IMG/VR virus record: IMGVR_UViG_3300033153_005694
Location: 1 to 64,000 of that record
Source of the DNA: a virus
Reading direction: 5' to 3' (one strand)
DNA: 64,000 bases
Shown: positions 42,301-51,367 of the stretch, one piece after another
Layout of the letters: every line of letters begins with the position of its first letter
Numbering within the stretch: position 1 is the first letter of the stretch
Notes under the pieces: generated by a model
Databases searched by the model: none
Seen by the model: only the letters and a program-made list of their open reading frames with translations
Told to the model about the DNA's origin: nothing
Position numbers and translations under genes: made by a program

Positions 42301-43079
42301 AGAAAAAGACACAATTAGAGGTAAGAAGAGATGCTGGTGAAAAGATACCAGAGTATAAGATAAAAAGTTTAGAAGCAAGCATAAAAGCTAGTGCTGTGTA
42401 TAGCTTGATGGAAGATGGACAATATACAGCATTGCTGGAAGATATCGATACAAGCCTGTTCGATGAGAAAGGACCACTAGCTGAAAAGATTGATAAATTG
42501 CTTGACAAGATTAAGAAAGAGGATAAGAGAGCTGGAGTAAAAGAAGTGATGGAAGAGCTGTATTTGACGAATGATTCGAGAGCTCAACAGCAGTTGATAA
42601 AATTGACACTATACCCGGATATGTTGAATAGAGTGATGATTTACAATGACGCGATGGAGAAGTTAGAGAACAGTAAAAAGGAAGTAATAGAAAAGTTTGG
42701 GGGAGATAAGACGAAGTGGGAGAAGCATAAAGCAAAAGTAACGAGAGAAACGATGCGATATGTAGATGGGCTATTTGTCAATTACGCATACTTAGATAAT
42801 AAGTATATAAAGTATGCGAATGATATGGGATTTGTAGCGTTTACAAAATTCTTCTTCAGAACTATACCTGCGATGCTTAAGATGGCAGCTAAGAAACCAT
42901 TAACGATGTTCATGACAGAAAGTATGCAGAAAGTTATAGGAGTGGATCCTGAGACACCTATGGATCAAATGTATAATCCGATAGATACAATGCTAAGGAA
43001 GTTGATGATATGGGATGAACCCGTGAATATGATGGATACGTTGCTGATGCCAGCAATTACAAGACCGCTAGAAGTTTAG
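39366..43079 (+). CDS. Large virion protein, probable separated C-terminal part of vRNAP, with zincin-like HExxH
   Basis: ATGA overlap with vRNAP; EILAHELQH..DEFLAF; FVNY..G...FTKFFFR C-terminal motifs. Confidence 0.7.
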   Translation: MSCKSENIAKNVDEYGIGDVHEAAKYVNDNRRRNASIARASKTGKYADPEKRVDFKIDKDKGLVGKWLGRESVDGYSFEESVKIENVERLDAEHVRLNGEITINLDKNMTNDGMYITEIYGSEADVTEDEDTVSIRDFTGTLEENLDEVFNAVTEEDGEMLSDDHHDHLVGVLEMYQDKMKETGKEVKLDGQLLEEITLTGKNTRGHANPEDGKFAIIKGNKKYVTATEILAHELQHVLISKAIAKNPKIKRDIRQLRELMKEKLDYKIFLDGIENVTQEDIDYAKETYRYALDNTRAPEDEFLAFATTNEKMIKALKEQKDIKINLFKELSKKELAKVGKMRKLLERIIKAINKAYSSIKVEGKDTHELAVDLMAKALEVAANEGKQQDKGVFGKINNLLAKGDAQIRKFTDSIEQEEMTLADHIRRRDKKGLDKAIDSMWRIRGLNKARSFVLQHNIFSSLTRNSKNEDVGKFYDMFRQSKKLVDSTVTHLKSVTFDTLLTEYKLDEMDVRLRRATKRILIDADTMAIGTLDEVEEYLKDNKKLDQDIIAESVGLKDETVLAAKELGAMIVDNSAYTHNGYTNAKQIARLLEGKEDEQTVQKIDKLASMMALYVSSDIDKALTVKALVENRTGIEAAINLHLKHEERLLEKAYAGMKEYATKGAKQEHYKGNKKYYLVDEKEMKDLVKAGLQNVGKHNELSRILGEDRYIVIGDSIDTTYTEGLMSVVQLKNEGESLRRILLETGKYTNEEIEEVIDREAGSKRVGVGTFLVPERSGTGEIYDYRLRMTQEHKEKYLDLDNDLVHTVSHTVANLTHKEEAMVSNRTSVKYLNSFYEKHGKDDEFTFIAVNKDSTGRFKEYWDLIPAYLKRDIEGSSKDKTLYIEESMLVDYFGYKDVSMKDMPWVKDSRKRQMLAVKLERTAQELVQRWKKVVVTMTGTTIKGNMGSNMLVTMQHIGMDPVFKSMWEELSQYQEDVKKKTQLEVRRDAGEKIPEYKIKSLEASIKASAVYSLMEDGQYTALLEDIDTSLFDEKGPLAEKIDKLLDKIKKEDKRAGVKEVMEELYLTNDSRAQQQLIKLTLYPDMLNRVMIYNDAMEKLENSKKEVIEKFGGDKTKWEKHKAKVTRETMRYVDGLFVNYAYLDNKYIKYANDMGFVAFTKFFFRTIPAMLKMAAKKPLTMFMTESMQKVIGVDPETPMDQMYNPIDTMLRKLMIWDEPVNMMDTLLMPAITRPLEV

Positions 43080-43087
43080 CCGGTCTT
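43061..43087. terminator. Hairpin at the convergence of the + and - transcription units
   Basis: aagaccgcta gaagtt tagccggtctt imperfect inverted repeat. Confidence 0.5.
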
Positions 43088-43145
43088 CAAAGTGTTCAAA
43101 AGCAAGTAAGATGAGAATGAATAGAAAAAATGCTAACCATTCCAT
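43068..43145 (-). CDS. 25-aa membrane peptide
   Basis: Manual translation MEWLAFFLFILILLAFEHFEDRLNF. Confidence 0.4.
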   Translation of the reverse strand: MEWLAFFLFILILLAFEHFEDRLNF

Positions 43146-43303
43146 GATCTGCCTTTGAATTTGAAAAATTGCTGTATGCCTTTGAAAAGGAATATAACAC
43201 CAATAGCTAAGAAAACTAGGTAGAAGAAGTAAGCTCCAATAACTAAGCTAAGCATGATTGCTAGAATGGCTATAGTGTAGAGTAGTGATTTAAGACTTAG
43301 CAT
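43133..43303 (-). CDS. Small membrane protein (56 aa)
   Basis: Manual translation MLSLKSLLYTIAILAIMLSLVIGAYFFYLVFLAIGVIFLFKG.. Confidence 0.5.
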   Translation of the reverse strand: MLSLKSLLYTIAILAIMLSLVIGAYFFYLVFLAIGVIFLFKGIQQFFKFKGRSWNG

Positions 43304-43520
43304 GTGAAAACCTTACGGGGTTGATAAGCAGGTATAAAGAAACTAGAGCTGAACCGATTGTACCAATGATTAGCGTAGCTGTGCTAGCGCTAAAGATTAA
43401 AGCTACAAGAACTAAAAGAGAAGCATCTAAAGCAGCGTCTAATGGGCGGTTGTGCTGAAATTTCCACAATACGACGAGAATATTAAAAGATAGGGCAATA
43501 CCCATTAGCATGTATATCAC
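43290..43520 (-). CDS. Small 3-TM membrane protein
   Basis: Hydrophobic, in operon. Confidence 0.6.
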   Translation of the reverse strand: MIYMLMGIALSFNILVVLWKFQHNRPLDAALDASLLVLVALIFSASTATLIIGTIGSALVSLYLLINPVRFSHAKS

Positions 43521-43522
43521 GA

Positions 43523-43978
43523 TTACTCCTTTGAAGCTCTTTCATCGAGGATTGCTTGAAGCCTAGGTTCTGGGTTAGGGAAGTTAGCAGGCTTGATAAG
43601 CTTGCCATATGAGTCCTTGGGACAACCTAGTTTAACTTGATTTGCATCCATAACGACGTTAAGGGCAGCAGTGATTTGCTGTGGTGTAAGATCTAGTTTA
43701 GTCATAGAACCAATAGCGAAAACTACTGCATCGCAAGCTTTGTCGAGTCTATCAACATCAGACAGTACTGTCTTTTGTCCATAACACTCATTGATTATTC
43801 CTCTACTAATTTCTCTAGCAGATGGAGCACATCTAAGATTTGAAGCTATATCTTCAAGAAAAAACCCTTCAAGAGCTTCCTCGATTTGAAATGAGGACTC
43901 AAGAAAGTCATCGTAACCTGCAGAAACTAGGTCTGCTGCATGGTTGAATTGATGGATACGCTTGATCGGGTTAAGCAT
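43523..43978 (-). CDS. MazG/PRA-PH-like NTP pyrophosphohydrolase
   Basis: IEEALE, DKACDAVVFAIG, VMDAN..K..GKLIKP. Confidence 0.75.
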   Translation of the reverse strand: MLNPIKRIHQFNHAADLVSAGYDDFLESSFQIEEALEGFFLEDIASNLRCAPSAREISRGIINECYGQKTVLSDVDRLDKACDAVVFAIGSMTKLDLTPQQITAALNVVMDANQVKLGCPKDSYGKLIKPANFPNPEPRLQAILDERASKE

Positions 43979-44363
43979 TGTATTTGCCTAAAATGCTGTC
44001 TAAAAGAATAATTGCTTTAGCCTCATCTAGTGAAGGTATAGATCTGTGTCTAAGGTGTAGTTCTAGTCTACTAGTGATGACTTGTTCGATAAGAGATAAA
44101 GTAGATTCTGGTTGTATAGGCTCGTCTGGTAAGCATACTTCAGTAGGTGTTTCGTCGATATCAAGAGTATTAAGATCTAGTTTCTCAAGCTCTTCAAGAA
44201 TATCGAAAATTGTGGTTTGTCGTTGTATCATAGGTTGCCTTTGTAGGTTGCGGATTTGGTACGTGTTCAACTGCTTACCGAAGGCAGTGGTGGGGGCGAT
44301 ACTCCACATAACGCGACAAGTACGGTTAAGATAAATGTTCTTCGAAAAGGTATTGGTGATCAC
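43971..44363 (-). CDS. Hypothetical protein
   Basis: Fills operon gap; start uncertain. Confidence 0.45.
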   Translation of the reverse strand: MITNTFSKNIYLNRTCRVMWSIAPTTAFGKQLNTYQIRNLQRQPMIQRQTTIFDILEELEKLDLNTLDIDETPTEVCLPDEPIQPESTLSLIEQVITSRLELHLRHRSIPSLDEAKAIILLDSILGKYNA

Positions 44364-44676
44364 TAGGCAATGAGTCGAATATAGCTTGCGCTAAATCGCG
44401 AATTTCCCAAAGTGCTGCTTTCGAAGAACGGAGGGCTAAGAAGTTTTGGAGTGAACGTGCGTTGATAGTCCACATTAGCTCGGTTTTGTAGGCCTCACAT
44501 AGGTTATATTTACTAATATCACCAGCTGTTCCTGATTTTACGTTTTGTCTCATTAGTTCAAGAGAAATAATAGATTGATAATCTGTTAAATCATGGCCTG
44601 TAAGTACTAAGTATTTACTCGCTCGTTCAACAGTTTTTGCTGATATAGGTCCGAACTGTCCCTGTAATTCACGTAT
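44326..44676 (-). CDS. thyX: ThyX C-terminal fragment (possible ATA start)
   Basis: Frame open from 44688: IRELQGQFGPISAKTVERASKYLVLTG..TINARSLQNFLALRSSKAALWEIR. Confidence 0.8.
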   Translation of the reverse strand: MRELQGQFGPISAKTVERASKYLVLTGHDLTDYQSIISLELMRQNVKSGTAGDISKYNLCEAYKTELMWTINARSLQNFLALRSSKAALWEIRDLAQAIFDSLPSDHQYLFEEHLS

Positions 44677-45257
44677 TATAATATTTCCTTATATCGTTTC
44701 TTTGCATTGTAATAAGCTGTTCGTGAATATCCAAATGAGGTATACGCTTCAGCAACTTTAGCTCCTGTAGCTATTAAGGCTACTACGTCTTTATATTGTT
44801 TTGCCGATATTGCTATTTTGTCTTTACCAGCATTTTCTTGGTTAGTAATAAAAACACAGTTATCTGGTGTGTAGTTTAGGTTAGCTTTTGAACGATCAAT
44901 AGTTAGGTTGTCAGTATAACCACTAGATAGTGCCCAAGTTTTAAAGACTAGATAATCATCCCATTCGTCACAGATAGTGATACCTCTGCCGCCATATAAC
45001 GGATACTTAGGGTCATTAGGATTATTACATCTAGCTCTCATATTAGTCCAAGTTCGGTATAATCTAGTATATCTATCACCATGTATTGTTACTTTCGCTG
45101 TTTGGGATTCTCTAGCACATGATGGGCATTGCTCTTGAACTTTTCCTTGGTGTTTCATCCGTTCAATAAGCTTACTGCATGTAGGGCATTTAAACTCTGC
45201 CCACATATAGCCTCTTTTACCACTATTTCTAACTTCCAACTCTCGTATTAATTCCAT
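44676..45257 (-). mobile_element. HNH-type endonuclease inserted in thyX
   Basis: RLYRTW.NMRARC..YGGRGITICDEW..LTIDR..NYTPDNC; own RBS and promoter-like sequence. Confidence 0.88.
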
Positions 45258-45302
45258 AATACTCCTTTATATTTGTATACTGTTATTTTAACATAATACA
45301 GC

Positions 45303-45629
45303 TTAAAAAGAGATAAAAGGTTCTTCATTTTTAAGTTCTTTAGAAGTAGTATATCTAGTAGACTTTACAGAGGGACTTGCCATACGGTGGCGAGCTAGTT
45401 CTTGAAGTAAAGCTCGAGATACACCTTTGATCTCAAAATTGTAGGATAAGTGTTCGAGAGTTGAAGAGTGCTTGAATTTGTTGCCGACTCTGTGGATAAG
45501 ATCTCGGTCGTTAGGGCCGATATTATCGTCAGTATTGCAAGTGTCGGATTTGCCTTCAGAGGCCCAACACTTGCGGATGGCTTTAGCTGCGATTGGGAGA
45601 GGTGTGTGATGGTGTAAAGTAACTTCCAT
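45303..45629 (-). CDS. thyX: ThyX N-terminal fragment (FAD-dependent thymidylate synthase)
   Basis: HSSTLEH..GVSRALLQELARHRMASPSVKSTRY signature. Confidence 0.92.
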   Translation of the reverse strand: MEVTLHHHTPLPIAAKAIRKCWASEGKSDTCNTDDNIGPNDRDLIHRVGNKFKHSSTLEHLSYNFEIKGVSRALLQELARHRMASPSVKSTRYTTSKELKNEEPFISF

Positions 45630-45757
45630 CAGCCTCTCCTCAAAATGTCTTCGAGTTTGATGATGATTCTCTCGAGGAACTTGTAGTCTTCAGCTGTTTG
45701 GCAGTATTGAAGTTCAAGTCTGAGGGTTTCAAGATAGTGTTTTAAGCATGCTTTCAT
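45629..45757 (-). CDS. Hypothetical 42-aa protein
   Basis: Manual translation MKACLKHYLETLRLE..; coupled at both ends. Confidence 0.45.
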   Translation of the reverse strand: MKACLKHYLETLRLELQYCQTAEDYKFLERIIIKLEDILRRG

Positions 45758-47133
45758 AGCGGTTCCTTGCTGTAGATTTTTTCGGCCCATTCAGCGATAG
45801 GTGAACGTACGATTTTGGTTAACGGTACAACGTGTAGACGAATGATGTCTTGCGGTTTAGTGGCCTGATTTAAGAGGACAGATAAGCCGTTGTTATATTT
45901 GGTAATGTATGCGTTATCGATTTGTCGATTAGAACCGATGATGATGATCTTGCAGTTCTTGCCGAATCTAGTTAGCATCTTCTGGAGTGATGCTTGAGAT
46001 TGGTTTTGGACTTCGTCGATGATTGCAATAGTATTGTTGAATGTTCTGCCACGCATACCAAGACCTGTCATGGCTTGAATATTGTAGTATTCCTGTAATT
46101 CCTCGACTTTGGCTGAGACGAATTGCTCGAACTCTTGGCCTTTGAGCTTTGACTTCTTATGACGTTCACGTATGATGAAGTCCAAAGTGTCGTAGAGAGG
46201 ATGCAGGTAAACTAGGTTTTTGTCGTCGGCAGAACCTGGTAAGAATCCAATCTGTTCGATATCTTCGACATCGTCGATAGATGCTCGAATGTATGTGATG
46301 GACTCGTACGAGTTGTTTTGTCGAACAAGTTTCATAGCGTTGGAAATTGCAGTTGCCGTTTTGCCGGTACCTGCAGGAGCTTCAGCTAAAACTAGAGTAG
46401 TAGTTAAGTCTTGAATTGCTGCCGATAAGAACATCTGGCCCGAGTTAATGGGGTTGAGGTCTTGTGCGCGTAAATCTGACTCTTGCTTTTTACCGATAAC
46501 GTCGATGAGGAAATTGGGCTTGATGGTAGCAAGCTTCTCATAACCTAGTGATTCACAAGTGAATCGGTAGTTGAAGTTTTCAGGCTTGTGGTCTGGATTG
46601 ACTGAGTATATGTTAGAATTTGACAGTAGTCCGAATTGTTCGGGTGTTACTTCGATAGAACGTATAAAGTCAGGATCAGTATCGTCGACAAGTTTGATGT
46701 CGGATACTTGTAGGCCAAGAGATTGCGCTCTAATACCACACATAACGTCGTTGGTGTAGAAAACTGTGTCGTGAAGCTTTGCATAGATTTTCGCTATATG
46801 GATAATCTTACGATCGTTGATGATGCTGTGATGGGCGCTAGAGTAGTCTGGATATTCAGAACATGCTACGATATGTATGGTAATGTTGTCTACTACTCTG
46901 CGAGTAACAGTGTAGTCACCTGTAGTAGAGGAACCTAGATGAGTTGCTCTAGTTAATAAGCGACCAAATGCACGAGCTTGATAGCCAAGAGATCCTGATT
47001 CGGATTTCTTGCCGTCTAGTTCATCGAGGACTGTCTCCGGAAGTACTATAGTGGTATCCGAAGATTTGCCGAGAGTTAAAAGGTTGGTATGATCTAGGAG
47101 TAGGATGTTGGTGTCTAAGATTTTATAGATCAT
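45754..47133 (-). CDS. phoH: PIN-PhoH family protein
   Basis: LDTNILL PIN domain; APAGTGKT; GFLPGS; MRGRTF..IIDEVQN..LTRFG. Confidence 0.93.
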   Translation of the reverse strand: MIYKILDTNILLLDHTNLLTLGKSSDTTIVLPETVLDELDGKKSESGSLGYQARAFGRLLTRATHLGSSTTGDYTVTRRVVDNITIHIVACSEYPDYSSAHHSIINDRKIIHIAKIYAKLHDTVFYTNDVMCGIRAQSLGLQVSDIKLVDDTDPDFIRSIEVTPEQFGLLSNSNIYSVNPDHKPENFNYRFTCESLGYEKLATIKPNFLIDVIGKKQESDLRAQDLNPINSGQMFLSAAIQDLTTTLVLAEAPAGTGKTATAISNAMKLVRQNNSYESITYIRASIDDVEDIEQIGFLPGSADDKNLVYLHPLYDTLDFIIRERHKKSKLKGQEFEQFVSAKVEELQEYYNIQAMTGLGMRGRTFNNTIAIIDEVQNQSQASLQKMLTRFGKNCKIIIIGSNRQIDNAYITKYNNGLSVLLNQATKPQDIIRLHVVPLTKIVRSPIAEWAEKIYSKEPL

Positions 47134-47744
47134 TACGAATTCCTCTTAAGTTTATCCTTCTTCGGTGCTTTAGTAGAAGTTGCCTTCTGGTGGTAAGTAC
47201 CCTTGAATCTAGATAAGACTTCGTCTTTACCCATCCACATGTCTTTACCGTCGATTACCTCCTGCATTTCATCGCCTGATAAGAAACCTAGATAGATGTC
47301 TCTGAATGCTTCAGAAAGAGATGCATCTACGAATTCTTGACGAGCTTTCATCTCGTGGCCTTTACCCATCATACCACCACTGTAGTTGTGGATCATGAAA
47401 GATGTGTGGTTAGCTACGACTAAGTCGTCACAGGCTAAAGCAATAACAGTTCCAGCTGATGCAACTGTACCAGATAGGTGAGCTACTGTATTGGCTTGAG
47501 ATGATTTGATAGCACTGATTATCATAAAGGCTGAATCGATAATACCACCTGGTGTGTTTAAATGGATATGAAATGTTTCGGCTTTAGATGCGTTCTTTAG
47601 TAGGTAGCAAAGCTCGTTGTACATTGATGGCTCTTCGATGCCGTCTGTTAGGTAGACTTCGGTGATGTTCTTGTTGACTAAGATTGGAACGTCTAGATCC
47701 CAAATTCTAGTTACTTCTTTCGGTAATGCGAAATCGATATTCAT
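47133..47744 (-). CDS. ClpP-like serine protease
   Basis: LNTPGG, VASAGT (Ser), FMIHN (His). Confidence 0.85.
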   Translation of the reverse strand: MNIDFALPKEVTRIWDLDVPILVNKNITEVYLTDGIEEPSMYNELCYLLKNASKAETFHIHLNTPGGIIDSAFMIISAIKSSQANTVAHLSGTVASAGTVIALACDDLVVANHTSFMIHNYSGGMMGKGHEMKARQEFVDASLSEAFRDIYLGFLSGDEMQEVIDGKDMWMGKDEVLSRFKGTYHQKATSTKAPKKDKLKRNS

Positions 47745-47853
47745 ATATTATCCTTGTATTTGGTGGTTATATAAAACCAGAATGATTGTAAGAGGAAATT
47801 TCCCCATACACCTGTAGCGATAAGAATTTCGAAGTATGAAACACTAAGTTCCA

Positions 47854-48435
47854 TTATGTATTTTTACCATTAAGTATATCTACAACTAGTTGGGAGTAGC
47901 CAGCGATATCTCGCCATGAATCATCGTAGTATGGATCACCATTAGCAATACGAGCTAGCTTATGACAAATCATTGTAAGAGCTTCTTGCATATATGGCTC
48001 CATATCATCATAATCAGAGTTACTTTTAATAACCGATAGCAGCGTTTGAGATATACGCGCGTGATCTGAAAATGCTCCGTAGCGACTACCTCGTTCAGTT
48101 AAAGTGTCTGCAATAGATACGTTAGTAGATTCACCGGCATCATTAGTTAGTTCTGGCATATCTGGATGGCCTATTGGAGAAAAGTTGTGATTACTAGGAT
48201 TATCTACGCCGTAGCCGCACTCAAGACAATTGCCCGCAGAATCTACAGAATGGTCTTTATCACCATCATTACATATAGGACAAATTTCAACTGAATAATC
48301 AGACTTGCTAATATTAGATTCAGCTAAAGCTTGTTCGACTGTAGGTTTAGGTCGTTCCATATCTGCAGCATAGCCAACAGTTACAAATGAGTTACTACGA
48401 TTTATTTCGTTTAGAATTGCTTCTGGACTGCTCAT
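47854..48435 (-). CDS. Zn-ribbon + DUF6378-like protein
   Basis: CPIC..CLECG; TLTERGSRYG.F..KLARI..DSWRDIAGY. Confidence 0.65.
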   Translation of the reverse strand: MSSPEAILNEINRSNSFVTVGYAADMERPKPTVEQALAESNISKSDYSVEICPICNDGDKDHSVDSAGNCLECGYGVDNPSNHNFSPIGHPDMPELTNDAGESTNVSIADTLTERGSRYGAFSDHARISQTLLSVIKSNSDYDDMEPYMQEALTMICHKLARIANGDPYYDDSWRDIAGYSQLVVDILNGKNT

Positions 48436-48863
48436 TTAGATTCCTTTGTAAACGTAATTATACGTTGGTTGGTAGTAGGAGTACCTATACCACCTAATTC
48501 TGCTATATACCTGCCTACTTTAATATAGTGTAGGGGTGGTAGTAGAGATGGAGGGACTTCTTCATAGTCTAAGCCCGTATATAAGGCTAGTTTGAGGTTG
48601 TTAGATTGTACTACTTCGAATAGTTCAAGTAACTCACCTGGATTCCACTCTCCTCCGTAGAAGAGTACACAAGATATGTGTTTGTTCTTCGATATGAGAG
48701 CTTGTAAGATCTCTGGAGTGAGCTGGGAACCAAAGGTTGGATTAAATGTTTCAGATGAGTGACAGCCTTTACAACCTAATTGGCAGCCACTGATTGAGAG
48801 AGCTAGTGCAATCTCATCAGGGACTTCTTGAAGAACTATTTGTGGATAACTATAGTAAAGCAT
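48432..48863 (-). CDS. nrdG: Anaerobic RNR activase (radical SAM)
   Basis: QEVPDEIAL..SGCQLGCKGCHS; near nrdD. Confidence 0.9.
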   Translation of the reverse strand: MLYYSYPQIVLQEVPDEIALALSISGCQLGCKGCHSSETFNPTFGSQLTPEILQALISKNKHISCVLFYGGEWNPGELLELFEVVQSNNLKLALYTGLDYEEVPPSLLPPLHYIKVGRYIAELGGIGTPTTNQRIITFTKESK

Positions 48864-49266
48864 TACTAGCTTTCTCCGCTATAAAGCCTTCAACTACTGC
48901 GTATAAATACAAGCCTCTAATGGAGATTTTTAGAAGGCCGCTACCGCGATCTGCTAGGTATAGTTCTCTCCCTAGTATTTCTTCAATCCTAGTAAAAGTA
49001 CTTATGAATTCTTTGAAGTTATTGTAGACATGTACAATATTATAGATGCCATACTGAGCCACTGGGTCTACCCCTATTTCGTCCATATCTTGAGCATATA
49101 GTAATTGCCCATCTGTTATAAAAACATAAGGACAGTCTGTGTGCCTAAATACGTAGTTAGTAGGGTTATCATGGAATATCTCTTTAACTAAGCTTTTATC
49201 TAATTCTTTTTGAGTTATGGGATCAGTAAGGTAGATTTGTGTTCTGTCTGTCACTAAATTATCCAT
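48850..49266 (-). CDS. Hypothetical protein
   Basis: In operon with RBS. Confidence 0.6.
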   Translation of the reverse strand: MDNLVTDRTQIYLTDPITQKELDKSLVKEIFHDNPTNYVFRHTDCPYVFITDGQLLYAQDMDEIGVDPVAQYGIYNIVHVYNNFKEFISTFTRIEEILGRELYLADRGSGLLKISIRGLYLYAVVEGFIAEKASNALL

Positions 49267-49269
49267 ATT

Positions 49270-49464
49270 TTACTTTCCTTTCAGCACGTAAAGTGTACTA
49301 AGCCTATGTTTACAGAACCTATCAAAGTCAGTTATAGCAGATGTTAGGTTTGTATATCTAGCTTTTGATAGTGGCCATATAGAGATACAGAAAAAGTAAT
49401 GTCTTTTCTCTGTATCATATATAATTGCGGGTTGTTTATGGTATCTAGCAGATACTTTAAACAT
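49270..49464 (-). CDS. Hypothetical protein
   Basis: In operon. Confidence 0.5.
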   Translation of the reverse strand: MFKVSARYHKQPAIIYDTEKRHYFFCISIWPLSKARYTNLTSAITDFDRFCKHRLSTLYVLKGK

Positions 49465-49465
49465 A

Positions 49466-51250
49466 TTAACTACTTACGTTATAATGCCTAAGATCAGCTT
49501 CTTTCTGACGTTCAGAACTAAAGCTAGATACTTTCTTAAGGTACCCAATTACTCTAGTAGCATGATCCACATTTCCTGATCCACAGTTCTCACAGTTGTA
49601 ACGAGTTTGTTTGTCAATATGTCCACAATCTCGGCAAATTGTAATCTTAATATTGAAACAGAAATACTCACAACCTTCTTGAACACTTACATCAATAAGT
49701 TTCTTAAAGCCTTCTTTAGAAGCATAACCTTCTAAATTACAGTGGTAAGCGGATCCACCATCGAGGAATTGACTAGTGTCATTACCGTGAAGTGCGAATT
49801 TGTCTAAGACTGAGATATCGTTATCTTCTACCTTGTAAAGGTAAGAATTGTAACATTCTCTAGGTACTACGTAACCATCGGCCTTATCCCATTTAGAGAA
49901 CTTAACGCCTAGATTTTCAGCTGGTACAAATTCAGTATTGAATTTGACGTTGTATTTCTTAGCATTGACTTTGTTTAAGTCACTGATCTCTTTAAGTAGG
50001 GTTGATGTCCATTGCTTATATTCGTCGTTATTGTCGATAGTCATACCTAGATACTCTGCTGCTTCTAGTACACCATTAACTCCAATAGTTAGATATTGCT
50101 TATCAGTAGTAATGTAGTTATTGGTATATACTGGTAACATACCTGCATCGATGTAATCATCGAATAGGTCTTTGAAAGCTAGTTGGTACTTGTGAATTTT
50201 CTCAACTTGTTCAGTCATAGATCTACCGTCTTGGATTAGTCGATTAACGTTAATTGTGATAACGTTCATAGATCCTGTCGCAACTCCGCCTGCTCCTAAC
50301 GAGTAAGAGAAATCGTTGATACCATCAGAGATGTCGTTCTTTAGTCTACAGCATGAGCTGAGGGCATGAGCATTTTCGCTAGAGAATGAGAAGAATGCGT
50401 TACCCTCTGCATATTCGTTAGCAATAAAGTCTAGGTATTCAGCGTCTACGTAAGAGTTTCCATCTGTTAGTGCAGCTGAGGTAACTACTGGGAATGTAAG
50501 TAATGCTTTAGTTCGTTCTTTATTGAACCATTGCATAAAGTATCTTTGTAGTTTATCTAGTGATTCATATCCAGGCTTATCACCGTCTGGGAACGAGAAG
50601 TTACCGAACATAGCGTCAAAGTATGGTTTATCGTAGATTGAGATGTTCCAGAATACTGATTGGAAACCTCTGGCTGCTGCTGGCTGGTTTAGGGCATATA
50701 CAACGTGTTGTAGTTGGTTTGCAATGATGTCTGTGTGAGTATTTAAGTAATCATCACCATAGTCTTTACGAGCGAAGTAGTCGAAGTACATTAACCATTC
50801 AACTGTTGCTACTGCCCCAGCAAATTGTGAACTGATTGCAAAAACTAGGTTTACGAATGTACCACAGAAACTAGATAGATGTTTAGGTGGTTCTGAGTCT
50901 CCTCCGAAACCTTTAAGACCGTCTAATAAGAATGGGTACATTGATATAGATACGCAATAAGGTGCTAACGATGTTTCGTCGTGTGTGTAGATTTCATGTG
51001 CCTCTAGTTGTCTGTTGTATTCAGCTGCTAGATCTGCATCGAATCGCTTTGTGATGTAGTCCATGATTAATGAACGGTTAACTTGGATGTTGATATCCTT
51101 GTGGATTTCAGCTCCCATAGTAGCGATGTTTTTGCTTGATACGTTTGCATTAGCATCCAGCTTAGATCCATCTGCAGCGTTTTGAGCATGAATATAGTTG
51201 TTTATAAAGGCTTTCTTTGCCTCGATTTGTGTGTCGGTTAGTCTAACCAT
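49466..51250 (-). CDS. nrdD: Class III (anaerobic) ribonucleotide reductase
   Basis: IYTHD..PYCV, FTFPV-like, SSCCRL, VPAEN, CxxC..CxxC, TRVIGYL glycyl-radical loop. Confidence 0.95.
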   Translation of the reverse strand: MVRLTDTQIEAKKAFINNYIHAQNAADGSKLDANANVSSKNIATMGAEIHKDINIQVNRSLIMDYITKRFDADLAAEYNRQLEAHEIYTHDETSLAPYCVSISMYPFLLDGLKGFGGDSEPPKHLSSFCGTFVNLVFAISSQFAGAVATVEWLMYFDYFARKDYGDDYLNTHTDIIANQLQHVVYALNQPAAARGFQSVFWNISIYDKPYFDAMFGNFSFPDGDKPGYESLDKLQRYFMQWFNKERTKALLTFPVVTSAALTDGNSYVDAEYLDFIANEYAEGNAFFSFSSENAHALSSCCRLKNDISDGINDFSYSLGAGGVATGSMNVITINVNRLIQDGRSMTEQVEKIHKYQLAFKDLFDDYIDAGMLPVYTNNYITTDKQYLTIGVNGVLEAAEYLGMTIDNNDEYKQWTSTLLKEISDLNKVNAKKYNVKFNTEFVPAENLGVKFSKWDKADGYVVPRECYNSYLYKVEDNDISVLDKFALHGNDTSQFLDGGSAYHCNLEGYASKEGFKKLIDVSVQEGCEYFCFNIKITICRDCGHIDKQTRYNCENCGSGNVDHATRVIGYLKKVSSFSSERQKEADLRHYNVSS

Positions 51251-51277
51251 AGTGTGTCCTTTTGTGTATGAATTATA

Positions 51278-51296
51278 GCTCTTTTTTCAAGAGAGC
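51278..51296 (-). terminator. Hairpin upstream of nrdD
   Basis: gctctttt..aagagagc inverted repeat. Confidence 0.3.
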
Positions 51297-51367
51297 GAAC
51301 CTAAAGTATATCTAAATTTAGATTAAAGATAGGTTAAGTGGTAAGACTTATCTAGTAATTTTGACCA

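Noticed and set aside
200-42735. Numerous - strand ORFs opposite structural genes (and + strand ORFs opposite replication genes)
   Set aside because: Antisense shadows with Ser/Leu/Phe-biased composition, no RBS, and fully overlapped by well-supported genes.
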